Shown: piece after piece, positions 8,607 to 17,143 of the stretch
Layout: each line of letters begins with the position of its first letter
How positions within the stretch are numbered: position 1 is the first letter of the stretch
DNA from: a virus
Lineage: Duplodnaviria > Caudoviricetes
Strand: one strand, 5' to 3'
IMG/VR virus record: IMGVR_UViG_3300036846_001227
Coordinates: 1-56,993 of that record
DNA length: 56,993 nucleotides
Position numbers and translations under genes: made by a program
Notes under the pieces: generated by a model
Database searches by the model: none
What the model was told of the DNA's origin: nothing
The model's input: only the letters and a program-made list of their open reading frames with translations

Positions 8607-9230
8607 CTACTTCCGCGATGGCGAGCGAAGCGAGCCAGGGATGTCGAGGGGGAGGGGAACGTCGTGCGGGATAGTGGCCAGGGGGACGATGCCGAGGGCT
8701 GAGAGCTGGTCGAACATCGCGTCCTGCTGGCCCTCGTCGTTGACCAGGACGCCGTCGGGTTCGATCTCCTTCCACTCCTGCTCAGAGATGTGCTTGTCAC
8801 AGGTGCGGAGACCGGGCCGGCTGATGGTGAAGATTTTGCCGCCCGCCGCTCGCACCGCAGCCGCCTCATGGTGGAACCTCATGTCGTCGCAGACGACATT
8901 GCGGGAGCCGAGGAGTTTGAGGCGGGACTGCCAGATGCCGGACCAGAGGGTGCGGTCGATCAGGTCGCGCCACTCGGTGCCGAGGGTCTGCATGACGTGG
9001 CGCGGGGATTGACCCGCGAGGTAGACCGAGGGCGCGTCCTTGCGGCTGCCCAACAGCATAGCCTGGATGCTGTAAGGGGGCACACCTTGATAGTGGAGGA
9101 GGGCGGCGACCATCTCCTTGATCGGGGCCGCGAAGGGCAGCGGGAGGAAGCCGCAGGTGTGGGTGAGGATTGTGGCGGCGGTGGACTTGCCGCAGCCACG
9201 GGGACCGATAAAGGCGATGATCTGGGGCAT
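8607..9230 (-). CDS. Deoxynucleoside monophosphate kinase
   Basis: IIAFIGPRGCGKST, FAAPIK, SPRHVMQTLGTEW, DDMRF..E, HISE motifs of T4 gp1-like dNMP kinases. Confidence 0.9.
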   Translation of the reverse strand: MPQIIAFIGPRGCGKSTAATILTHTCGFLPLPFAAPIKEMVAALLHYQGVPPYSIQAMLLGSRKDAPSVYLAGQSPRHVMQTLGTEWRDLIDRTLWSGIWQSRLKLLGSRNVVCDDMRFHHEAAAVRAAGGKIFTISRPGLRTCDKHISEQEWKEIEPDGVLVNDEGQQDAMFDQLSALGIVPLATIPHDVPLPLDIPGSLRSPSRK

Positions 9231-9239
9231 GTGTTCCTC

Positions 9240-9440
9240 CTAGGGTATGGGTGAGTTGCGGCCGACGGGGACCTCTGGCGGGTCTTCCGGTACACATGAC
9301 CAGGGCAAGGGTTGGGCGACTTCGAGGGGCCACTCCTCCTCGATGGAGCTATGCCAGCCGAGCGGTCGCTTGAGCCGGCGGGGCTGGGTCGCAAGGAGGC
9401 AGCGGGGGACGTGGCGACCAGGGGTAAGCTTCTCAAGCAT
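9240..9440 (-). CDS. Hypothetical protein
   Basis: AGGAG RBS; fills the operon gap. Confidence 0.45.
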   Translation of the reverse strand: MLEKLTPGRHVPRCLLATQPRRLKRPLGWHSSIEEEWPLEVAQPLPWSCVPEDPPEVPVGRNSPIP

Positions 9441-9483
9441 CGGTTAGCTCCTGTGTGTGCAGCACCTTTGGCGGTGCTTGCGA

Positions 9484-9563
9484 TTGCTACTTGAGGCCGC
9501 TTCGCTACCCGTAATCCGAGCGAAGCGAGGATACTGCGATTGCTGCTGGTTTTGTGCAGCGCA
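9484..9563. repeat. Intergenic repeat cassette (motif B, CGCTTCGCT/AGCGAAGCG hairpin, 34-bp motif A)
   Basis: Reverse complement of 9530-9563 equals 26947-26980; TTGCTACTTGAGGCCGCTTCGCT is shared with 11081-11103. Confidence 0.85.
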
Positions 9564-9667
9564 ACCTTCTTTCTTGAGCAGCGCCGGGGACCAGCCGGCT
9601 TCAACGAGGAGGATATCGCGAATACCCTAACTCCCCTCCCTGGCTGGTCCCCTCCAGAGCCTGCCTG

Positions 9668-10186
9668 CTAGCGGCGGCCCCGGTTGTTGGTCGCGGGGGC
9701 TGCGCCGGCGTCCTTGCGGTCGCGATAGAAACCAGTCACGCGACTGTAGGGGTGCTCGATGTCCTCGGGGTTGGGATCGTGGGCCACCTTGATAAAGCAG
9801 CTGAGGCCCTCGAACTGGCGCAGCGACCAGGGCTTGCCCTCCGGGATGCGCAGGGCGTACTTGAGCTTGCCCAAGGCGACGTTGGCGTTGGGGTTGTCGT
9901 CCTTGGTCTGGAGCCGCCCGTTCTCCATGTCCAAGAAGATGCTGGCGTTGATGGTCGGCTTGTCCATCTGCATCGCCGCCTTCACGTCCTCGTCCTCGAC
10001 GGTGAAGACCATGCGGCAGAGAGTGACGAGGTTCCCGGCCTTGCTGGTGAAGCGCTCGACCTTGATGCTGTCGGCGTTGATGCGCGCCATCATCTCGCCT
10101 TCGGGCACCGGCTCCATGTAGCGGTTGAGTTCGCCGGTGTACTCCGTCTCGACAAAGCTGGTGTCGAAGGTGTTGTCCTGTGCCAT
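9668..10186 (-). CDS. Single-stranded DNA-binding protein (DUF669-like)
   Basis: PVPEG motif, OB-fold-like size, located directly after a Sak4-like ATPase. Confidence 0.65.
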   Translation of the reverse strand: MAQDNTFDTSFVETEYTGELNRYMEPVPEGEMMARINADSIKVERFTSKAGNLVTLCRMVFTVEDEDVKAAMQMDKPTINASIFLDMENGRLQTKDDNPNANVALGKLKYALRIPEGKPWSLRQFEGLSCFIKVAHDPNPEDIEHPYSRVTGFYRDRKDAGAAPATNNRGRR

Positions 10187-10238
10187 CAGTGGTCCTTTCT
10201 GCCGGCGTTGGTGGTAGCCCTGCCGGCCGGGCCGTGGG

Positions 10239-11051
10239 TTAGTCTGCTAATATCTGGCGGAAGTCGGGGGTGATGCGGTCGCCGAAGGGGAGCCGGCGGG
10301 CCTTGAGGTCCATGTCGGGTTCGCTGGTCGACCACCAGAAGTTGCCCCGGTCGTCGCGCCGGGCGAGGATGATCTCGCTGAAGATGTCCTTGGTCAGGCG
10401 GGGAGCCAGCTTGTTGCCGATGGTGTGCATGGTCAGCTTGGTCTTCTGTGTCTCCTTGTCGGGTTCGCGGTCGACATGGGCAATCAAGATGAAGCTGGCG
10501 TCGATGGAGGCGCACTTGCGGAGGAGGTTCTCGACCTGCTGGCCGGCGGCATCGAACTCGGGCCAGGTCTTGGCGGGCTTGAGGCCGACGGTCGCCGTCA
10601 TACAGTTGCGGGAGAGGCCGGTGAGGCCGTCCATGACCACTGCATGATGCGCGTCGAGCTTGGCGCAGTCGCCAAACTCTTGGCCGCAGCGCTGACAGGT
10701 GTATTTCTTGAGGGCTGAATAGGTGTCGAAGAGCTGGGTGTAGTAGCGCCGGTTGGGGTCGTTGACCTTGGTCACATCGGTCGCAGAGTTGACCAGCTTG
10801 GTGATACCTGCGAGGTCGTCCCACTCGACATCGAGGGGAGGGATGTAGACGAGGTGCATGCCCATGTCGCAGGTGAGGTCGCCGTTGGTGTCCTCCCAGC
10901 CCGGCTCCAGGCTGACGGTGCAGACGATCTTGCCTGCGCCCTTGCATATCTTGCCGGCGATGTCGGGGTACTCGGGGAGGAGGGTACGGGTGCCCCAGGT
11001 CTTGCCGGTTTGGACGGGTCCCATGACGAGGGCGTTGGTGCGGTTGCTCAT
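10239..11051 (-). CDS. AAA_24 / Sak4-like ATPase (recombinase)
   Basis: Walker A GPVQTGKT, VVMDGLT, ILIAH; flanked by nuclease and SSB genes. Confidence 0.8.
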   Translation of the reverse strand: MSNRTNALVMGPVQTGKTWGTRTLLPEYPDIAGKICKGAGKIVCTVSLEPGWEDTNGDLTCDMGMHLVYIPPLDVEWDDLAGITKLVNSATDVTKVNDPNRRYYTQLFDTYSALKKYTCQRCGQEFGDCAKLDAHHAVVMDGLTGLSRNCMTATVGLKPAKTWPEFDAAGQQVENLLRKCASIDASFILIAHVDREPDKETQKTKLTMHTIGNKLAPRLTKDIFSEIILARRDDRGNFWWSTSEPDMDLKARRLPFGDRITPDFRQILAD

Positions 11052-11080
11052 CCTGTGTGTCCTTTTGTGGCTTGCTGCGC

Positions 11081-11103
11081 TTGCTACTTGAGGCCGCTTC
11101 GCT
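11081..11103. repeat. Intergenic motif B copy
   Basis: TTGCTACTTGAGGCCGCTTCGCT, identical to 9484-9506. Confidence 0.85.
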
Positions 11104-11108
11104 GGCCG

Positions 11109-12095
11109 CTAGGGTATGTCGCCCTCGCGCTGGAGGGGGTCCCAATGGCGGACCTCGAAACCGGAGTACCAGGGGATGGGTGAGGGGGCGTTGCACAGGT
11201 CGAGGTAGCCGCAGCCCCCATAGGAGCTACAGGCGCTGTCGAAGGCTTGGTCGAAGGCGAGGTGCGGGTTGTTCAGGGTAGAGGCCATCGTCCACATGTC
11301 GCCGGCACGGGTCACGTCGCGGCGCAGCTGTTCGAGCCACTGGTCGATCTGCCACGGCGGCCTGGTCAGGATGCTCTGCATGTGGGTGATGTCCTGCTTG
11401 AGGATGCCCACGCCCCGGATCACGCAGCCATCCGGCTCTATGCCGTAGGAGCGCATCCCCCACACGTAGCCGGAGAGCTGCCCCCGCAGGGGCCAGTTAG
11501 CTAACCACGTGGTGCCAAGGGAGCTGGCGGTCTTCTCGTCCACAATGAAGAGGCTGCTGCCGCCACGGTGCTGTGCCACCATGTCGCACCGGCCCGCGTA
11601 GACGACGGGCTGGCCGGTGATGGGATGGACGGTGCCTGGTATCGGGAGGGCGAAGCTCTTCTCGATGATGGCCTCGCCGTTGATGACTAGGGGGATCACT
11701 TGGTCATCGGACAGAGGGTATGTCTCAAAGTAGGAGAGGAGGGCGTCGAGACAGGCGCTGAGGTCCTTGACGCCGGCCCGCGACCGGCGCAGCTCGTCGG
11801 TCAGCTCGAAGTCCCCCCAGAACTTGATGAGTGCATGGAAGCCCTGGTTGACGGCATTCACCTCGTCCATGCCGGCGACATAGAAGGATTTGCGGGTGGC
11901 CTCCAGACCATGAGCAAAGGCTCCTCCGAAGTGCAGGTGGATAGAGAAGGCGGACTTGCGCAGACCCAGCAGGTATCCGTAGTACCACTGCCGGGGGCAG
12001 GCTACCCACGCGGACCGAGAGCTGCTGTCCCACACTTCGGGGAAGGGGGGCAGGAGGTCGACGAGGCCGGAGGGATGTTCGATGACCCGGCTCAT
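11109..12095 (-). CDS. PD-(D/E)XK Cas4/RecB-like exonuclease
   Basis: CPR, G..D..., DEKT, QL..Y and a C-terminal CxxxxxCxxxxxC cluster. Confidence 0.85.
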   Translation of the reverse strand: MSRVIEHPSGLVDLLPPFPEVWDSSSRSAWVACPRQWYYGYLLGLRKSAFSIHLHFGGAFAHGLEATRKSFYVAGMDEVNAVNQGFHALIKFWGDFELTDELRRSRAGVKDLSACLDALLSYFETYPLSDDQVIPLVINGEAIIEKSFALPIPGTVHPITGQPVVYAGRCDMVAQHRGGSSLFIVDEKTASSLGTTWLANWPLRGQLSGYVWGMRSYGIEPDGCVIRGVGILKQDITHMQSILTRPPWQIDQWLEQLRRDVTRAGDMWTMASTLNNPHLAFDQAFDSACSSYGGCGYLDLCNAPSPIPWYSGFEVRHWDPLQREGDIP

Positions 12096-12304
12096 AGCGA
12101 TTGGTCCAGGAGATCGGTGAGGTCTTCCTTGGGGGCGGGTGTCTTCTTCACACGGGCGGGTGCCTTAGCTCTCGGCTCTGCTGTGCGGCGGCCCTCGCGT
12201 ATCTTGTTGACCTCGTAGAGCATCTCCTCGGCGGTGAGGTCCTCGCCATTGAGTACACGTAGGCGCAACATAGAGGAGCGGTCCTCATGTGAGGTCATGG
12301 GCAT
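12092..12304 (-). CDS. Hypothetical protein
   Basis: ATGA overlap with the nuclease gene; first gene after a sigma70-like promoter; start uncertain. Confidence 0.6.
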   Translation of the reverse strand: MPMTSHEDRSSMLRLRVLNGEDLTAEEMLYEVNKIREGRRTAEPRAKAPARVKKTPAPKEDLTDLLDQSL

Positions 12305-12435
12305 GTCTCCCGCTGAGAGCCTGACGGCTGCGGAGTGAATAAGCTGGGCACGCAAAGTAGCGTGTGAAAGGGTATCCATGTTGAGCGCCTCGGCTAGTTA
12401 ACCGATGCCGGCTTATGCCGGTGTTTGAACCTTGG

Positions 12436-12463
12436 ATCATACAACTTTGATTTCGAGTGTCAA
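12436..12463 (-). promoter_or_regulatory. Sigma70-like promoter for the recombination/replication operon
   Basis: TTGACA-16 bp-TATGAT on the minus strand. Confidence 0.7.
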
Positions 12464-12694
12464 GGGATTTGTTTGGGAGTTGTCGAAGATTATCAAGAGG
12501 ATGCTAACATCGAAAGGTTGGCGGGAGATGTTGGAGAGGCCTGGCCGACGGCCGGAGACACGAAGTCCTTCCATTGAACGGTGGTTGGGAAGTTGGCACA
12601 CGGGCCTATATGTGGATCAGGTCCATGGTTAGGATCAAGATATGGTGGGGTGGCTGGAGGCCCTTAGAACCGTTCTAAAACGGGAGGCAGATAT

Positions 12695-12729
12695 GGAAAG
12701 GCCCGCCATCGGGGGTGATGGCGGGCCTT
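12695..12729 (-). terminator. Rho-independent terminator
   Basis: 13-bp stem AAGGCCCGCCATC/GATGGCGGGCCTT with a short T tail, downstream of 12807-13370. Confidence 0.7.
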
Positions 12730-12806
12730 GGGCACCCGGGGGTTTAAGGGGGGATTGGGTGCCGTACTACCGTGGCTTTGCTGTGCTTATGTGGCCTTCT
12801 TCTTGG

Positions 12807-13370
12807 TCAGATCAAGGACTCGACGGTGGTGCCCTTGACCCGGTCGGAGGCGGCCTTGGCGCGGGCGGCCTCGATGTGAGCGACACGCGCGGCGATGTCG
12901 GGGTGCGCGCGCAGGCGGCGGCGGGCCACGGAGACATTGGTGAGGGCGTGGCGGGCCTGGTAGGCAGGGATGAACTCCTCCAGCACCTTCTCGGGGGAGT
13001 AGGGTTTCTTTGTTTCGTGGGCAAGGTGCTCGGCGATGGCCTGGACCAACGGGTCCATGGGAGGCTCGCCACGCGGCGGACCCGGCCGCCAGTCACCTGA
13101 CATCATCCGGTCAATGGCGGAGGTAGCGGCGGCCACGGGGTCCTCGGCTGCCGAGTAGGCCGTCTGGATGACGGAGGCGGCACCCTGCGCGGCGAGGAGC
13201 GCGCGCGTGTTGTCGCCGGTCTTGGCCGTATCGATGGTGAGCTTGGCACCGCCGTAGAGATCGGAGAACTGGATCTCGACATGGGAGCCATTGATGGTCG
13301 CGTTGGCGATCTTGCGCTTGCCGGAGGGGGCCGGAGCGGTCGGGAGGTCTACTACTTGCGCGTCGGTCAT
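12807..13370 (-). CDS. Hypothetical protein
   Basis: GAGGAG RBS; bounded by two hairpins; 187 aa. Confidence 0.8.
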   Translation of the reverse strand: MTDAQVVDLPTAPAPSGKRKIANATINGSHVEIQFSDLYGGAKLTIDTAKTGDNTRALLAAQGAASVIQTAYSAAEDPVAAATSAIDRMMSGDWRPGPPRGEPPMDPLVQAIAEHLAHETKKPYSPEKVLEEFIPAYQARHALTNVSVARRRLRAHPDIAARVAHIEAARAKAASDRVKGTTVESLI

Positions 13371-13396
13371 CTAGGGGATGCTCCTCTTACTTGGTT

Positions 13397-13431
13397 GGAA
13401 AAGGGAGGGACCTCCACGAGGGAGGTCCCCC
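13397..13431 (-). terminator. Putative terminator hairpin
   Basis: GGGACCTCC/GGAGGTCCC stem followed by CCCTTTT on the minus strand. Confidence 0.55.
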
Positions 13432-13530
13432 TAAGTTTACACAGGTAGCCAGGTCATCGCCGCGCTCTACATGGAAGAAAGGCGAAAACCCAACATCGAT
13501 ATTGTAGTGAATATGTTGGATAATTTCAAG

Positions 13531-13887
13531 TCAAACTTGAGGCTCCTCCGTGTCAACAAGTGGCTCGTAGGCCTCGAAGGTAAGGAGCTTCCTGGTGATA
13601 ATATGTCGGTTATACCTCACCTGGTAGGAGCCAGGGGTGAGGGGGTGGATGGTAAGGCTCATGTCCTTTAGGGTGGCGTGGAGTTCCTGGAGGATGGACG
13701 ACTCGTCCCCTCGCTCTATGGCGTCGGCGACAGCGCGGCGGAAGCGATGGAACTCATTGCGTATGCTGTAAGCGTCGGACTTGGACAGGTTGTTGCTGGC
13801 GAGGCGGCCCGAGGGAGTGTCCTCGAACTTCTGGATTAGCTCTATGAGGGATACTGGGAACTCAGTCCAGCGCCGCTTGGTTGTCAT
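13531..13887 (-). CDS. Hypothetical protein (probable paralog of 15546-15938)
   Basis: AAGGAG RBS; shares the RR(x)W(x)EFP start and overall pattern. Confidence 0.75.
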   Translation of the reverse strand: MTTKRRWTEFPVSLIELIQKFEDTPSGRLASNNLSKSDAYSIRNEFHRFRRAVADAIERGDESSILQELHATLKDMSLTIHPLTPGSYQVRYNRHIITRKLLTFEAYEPLVDTEEPQV

Positions 13888-13956
13888 GGGGTGCTCCTTT
13901 TTGCTTGGTTTGCGACTTTGAAGTCGGCTGTCGCTTTTGTCAAGCAGCTTGTTGGA

Positions 13957-14196
13957 TTGACTTGGTTTCCTGTATTCGAGTGTTTGTTTGACCTAGTGGT
14001 TATTCCTGCGGCAGGCGAAGGAACAGATGAAAGAAAGTTGTTGACTTGTTAGAAATGATGTTTAGTGTATATGTGTAATATTAATATATCACATAGAACC
14101 ACACATATACACACAAACTATACACTCCCTATCGTCGTCACGCGCAGCAAATACCACTAGGGGGAAGAAACACTCGAATGTAGGAAACCAAGTCAA
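13957..14196 (+). other. AT-rich long fold-back element (candidate structured ncRNA or origin)
   Basis: About 44-bp imperfect inverted repeat (13957-14000 vs 14153-14196) enclosing a perfect 12-bp inverted repeat (14065-14076/14101-14112). Confidence 0.7.
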
Positions 14197-14235
14197 CCCT
14201 ACTTTGTGTTTGTCAAAACAAGAGGAGCGATTGGA

Positions 14236-14490
14236 ATGGAAGAGGGTGCTACTCGGATTGTCAACGGCTTCGAGCTTACGGTGGAGCCGGTAACCATCAC
14301 GATAGGAGGGCGGGGGAAGCCCTTTAAGTGGCCCTTCGCGGCCATGGAGGTGAGCGAGACTGCTTATGTGACCAACAGGGAGACGTTCCCGGCGGCCCGC
14401 TCGGCCCTCGCCTACCTACACAGGAAGACCGGCAAGCGGTTCCGGGCACTGCGTTGCGGCATCGGGCTGCGGGTTCAGCGTGTCGCATGA
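14236..14490 (+). CDS. Small putative DNA-binding protein
   Basis: GAGGAG RBS; KWPFAAMEV.ET...RVQRVA pattern seen in small phage DNA-binding proteins. Confidence 0.65.
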   Translation: MEEGATRIVNGFELTVEPVTITIGGRGKPFKWPFAAMEVSETAYVTNRETFPAARSALAYLHRKTGKRFRALRCGIGLRVQRVA

Positions 14491-14687
14491 TAGAAGAACA
14501 GACCAAGAGGCCGTACTATCACTGGGGCTATAGCGAGATGGAAGTCGGCGACACCAGGACCGTCTATGAGCCGGAGCTATTCGACAAGGCGCTGGCGAAC
14601 TTGAGACTCACGCGTCGCAGGTACAAGGACCGGCTATATCGGTTCGGTGTAGTGTCCGGGTTCTTCCAAGTGAGGCGCACGAAGTAG
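14487..14687 (+). CDS. Small putative DNA-binding protein (paralog of the previous gene)
   Basis: ATGA overlap; WGYSEMEVGDT...QVRRTK. Confidence 0.65.
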   Translation: MIEEQTKRPYYHWGYSEMEVGDTRTVYEPELFDKALANLRLTRRRYKDRLYRFGVVSGFFQVRRTK

Positions 14688-14696
14688 GGAGGCAGC

Positions 14697-14906
14697 ATGC
14701 CCGACGGGAATGGCGGGACGGTGGCCCGGATCGGCACGTCGCTGATCAGTGCCCTGCCGCCCGCCTTCCTCATCCTGGCGCTTCTCAACATAGGGTTTAT
14801 CGCGGTGATGGTGTGGTTCCTCAAGGACCAGTTGCAGCAGCGCGACATGATGGCCGAGAAGCTCTTCAACAGGTGCCTGGAGGTTGCCCTCCACGATGTA
14901 CCGTGA
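14697..14906 (+). CDS. Small membrane protein
   Basis: GGAGG RBS; one long hydrophobic segment. Confidence 0.65.
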   Translation: MPDGNGGTVARIGTSLISALPPAFLILALLNIGFIAVMVWFLKDQLQQRDMMAEKLFNRCLEVALHDVP

Positions 14907-14995
14907 CGGCGGGCCAGCGCATGTTGTTGATGCTGGCGCTGGCTCTTCTGGCATGGCTGCTTGTCGCGGAGACGTGGCGGTGGCTTGTCTGGTGA

Positions 14996-15202
14996 TCAGG
15001 TGAGGGACTCCATGCGGACCATGAGTTCTTCGGGGCCAAGAGCGAGCCACGCGGGATCCTGGAGGGCATGGGCTGTGAAAGCGGCACGGGCCTGGGCGAC
15101 GCTGCGGGCCTGCTCCTTGAGGGCCGGCCACAGGATGTCGAGGTCGGCCTGGCGGCGGGGGGCGTGAAGGAGCCGGTCGGTGATGCGGGCGAGGGTCTTC
15201 AT
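14996..15202 (-). CDS. Hypothetical protein
   Basis: ATGA-coupled to the upstream gene. Confidence 0.65.
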   Translation of the reverse strand: MKTLARITDRLLHAPRRQADLDILWPALKEQARSVAQARAAFTAHALQDPAWLALGPEELMVRMESLT

Positions 15203-15549
15203 CTGGGACCTCTCCGTTCGAGGAAGTCGGCGATGCGCCGCGCCACGTCCATGCCCTCGTGGATGGGAAGGAACAGGTGCATATTGTTCCGCAGCATCTT
15301 CACATCCGCTGCGTGCTGCTCGGCCTTGGCCTCGGCGCAGACGGTGGCGACGAACTCTCGCAAGACGGGCTCAAGTTCCTCGGCCGTCCACTGTCCATCA
15401 CGCCCGCTGAGGAGAGGGTATGCGAAGGTTTCGGCTAGTTTGCGAATTTGCGTTGTCAGATCACTCGCTGGCCGCTTGTTTTCGACGTAGTTATGGAAAG
15501 CTTCACGAGTAAAATCCTTGGCACTCGCTGACATGGGGCGCTCCGTCAT
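15199..15549 (-). CDS. Hypothetical protein
   Basis: ATGA overlaps on both sides. Confidence 0.65.
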   Translation of the reverse strand: MTERPMSASAKDFTREAFHNYVENKRPASDLTTQIRKLAETFAYPLLSGRDGQWTAEELEPVLREFVATVCAEAKAEQHAADVKMLRNNMHLFLPIHEGMDVARRIADFLERRGPR

Positions 15550-15938
15550 GGGGTGAGGGGGTTGAGCTTGAGGACCACCCAGTGCTGGGTGGGGTTGCCG
15601 TCCACCCGTGGGCAGGAGATGCGCAGGCGTTGTGATAACGAGTAGAGGACGCTTGCCTCGGGGTCGTGGCGGCGGGCGGCGAGGGCGCGGAAGAAGTAGC
15701 GCAGCTCGCGTTGGGCAAAGCGGGCATCGTTCCACGACATGGGGCCGAGCTGGAGGGGCAGCGTGCGCTGTGTCTCGCGGAGGTGGTCGGCGTAGGCGAT
15801 GGGGAACTCACGCCAGTCACGGCGCACGGGCGTGGTCGGGCGGCCCCGTGGCCGGGGTATCGTGACCGTGTCGGGGCCGGTCCACTTGGTCTTGTTGAGC
15901 AGCATGGGGCCTACAGTGAGGGGCTTAGAAGTCTGCAT
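15546..15938 (-). CDS. Hypothetical protein (probable paralog of 13531-13887)
   Basis: GAGGAG RBS before ATG 15938; RRDWREFP motif. Confidence 0.7.
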   Translation of the reverse strand: MQTSKPLTVGPMLLNKTKWTGPDTVTIPRPRGRPTTPVRRDWREFPIAYADHLRETQRTLPLQLGPMSWNDARFAQRELRYFFRALAARRHDPEASVLYSLSQRLRISCPRVDGNPTQHWVVLKLNPLTP

Positions 15939-16146
15939 CGAGGGACTCCTCGCTAAAGTTAGCTGGGGAAAAGATGAGTTCGAGCCTGTGGTGAACATCG
16001 CACCAGTGGGCGTGGTAACAGGCACCGGCGATCTCGCATTCGCCGGCATCGTCCTGGGGGCCGTGGAGGACCATGACCACCATCGTGTCGCCGTGCCGCA
16101 GGGGCCAGATGACCGGATCGCCGATGACCGAGCAAAGCGAGGTCAT
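15925..16146 (-). CDS. Hypothetical protein
   Basis: ATGA-coupled; AGGAG upstream. Confidence 0.6.
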   Translation of the reverse strand: MTSLCSVIGDPVIWPLRHGDTMVVMVLHGPQDDAGECEIAGACYHAHWCDVHHRLELIFSPANFSEESLDADF

Positions 16147-17042
16147 GCCTTCTCCTCTTGGTAGAGGATGTCGGCCATCGCCTTGGCGAAGAGGTCGCGG
16201 GCGGCGATGAAGGGCGCGGTCCCGGTCTTGTATGGCTGGGTGACGACTATCTGGTTGCTACGGGGGAGGACCGTGCGGCCCAGGTAGCAGCGGTCGAGGG
16301 TAGGGTTGCCCTTGCGGGGGAAGTGGAGCCGGGCGCAGTACCAGACTTCGGTGTTCACCTCCGGGTCCACGAGGTAGAGGTTGCCGGCCAAGAGCGAGTG
16401 CTGGCCGGCGAAGTGCTTGTTGAGCCGGCAGATGTCGCGGCTGGCGATCACATGGAAGGCTTCGCCTTCCAACTCCCAGCAGGCGTCGTCGGGGTGGAGG
16501 CCGGCGACGAACTCAGGGTCGCGGACATGTGCATTGGGGCGGGGGGTGATGCGGGCGCGGAAGGCCCGCAGGAACTTGTGCCGCTCCTCTTGCACACGCT
16601 CGGCGGGGCTGCCCTCCGGTAGGAGGACGGGGTCGCCCCGGTCGAGGTACTTGGGCAGATGGGGTGTGGGTGAGGCGGCGTAGCGGCTGCGCCACGGCCG
16701 CTGCATAGGCTGGGCCTCCAGGATCTTGTCCGTGGGAAGCTCGTCGATGTTGCCGACAAAGCCCATGTCCCGCAGCTTGACGGGGGTCGTGGTGCGGTCG
16801 GCCTTGCGGGCAAGCTTCCTGACCAGGCGCTCCTGGTCCTGCGGCCGCAGGTCTGTCCACAAGCGGTGGCGGCGGGGCGACCTGGGGGCGAGGAAGAACG
16901 CCAGCTTGGCGAACATCTCATCGATGTGCTCGCGGCGCTTGGTGGCAAAGGTGGGGATGTCCCGCCGGCTCGATGTCAGCATGTTGTGGAGGCGGACGAT
17001 TTCGTTGAGGATGGCTACCCGTTTGGTGTGGTTGAGTTTCAT
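16143..17042 (-). CDS. Hypothetical protein
   Basis: TAATG coupling; about 299 aa; phage-like codon use. Confidence 0.75.
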   Translation of the reverse strand: MKLNHTKRVAILNEIVRLHNMLTSSRRDIPTFATKRREHIDEMFAKLAFFLAPRSPRRHRLWTDLRPQDQERLVRKLARKADRTTTPVKLRDMGFVGNIDELPTDKILEAQPMQRPWRSRYAASPTPHLPKYLDRGDPVLLPEGSPAERVQEERHKFLRAFRARITPRPNAHVRDPEFVAGLHPDDACWELEGEAFHVIASRDICRLNKHFAGQHSLLAGNLYLVDPEVNTEVWYCARLHFPRKGNPTLDRCYLGRTVLPRSNQIVVTQPYKTGTAPFIAARDLFAKAMADILYQEEKA

Positions 17043-17143
17043 TAGTGTATCCAATGATAGAAGAGGAAGTTGACGGCGGCGACAGTGATGCCGGCGGCGA
17101 TCAAGGAGAAGACGAGGCCGGCGGCCCAGAGGTAATCCTTCAT
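17042..17143 (-). CDS. 33-aa single-TM membrane peptide
   Basis: MKDYLWAAGLVFSLIAAGITVAAVNFLFYHWIH; coupled at both ends. Confidence 0.6.
   Translation of the reverse strand: MKDYLWAAGLVFSLIAAGITVAAVNFLFYHWIH

Noticed and set aside
11109-12095. Cas4 as part of a CRISPR system
   Set aside because: It sits in the standard phage nuclease-Sak4-SSB recombination module.
13957-14196. MITE / IS remnant
   Set aside because: No transposase or evident target-site duplication, and the nested internal pairing goes beyond simple terminal repeats.
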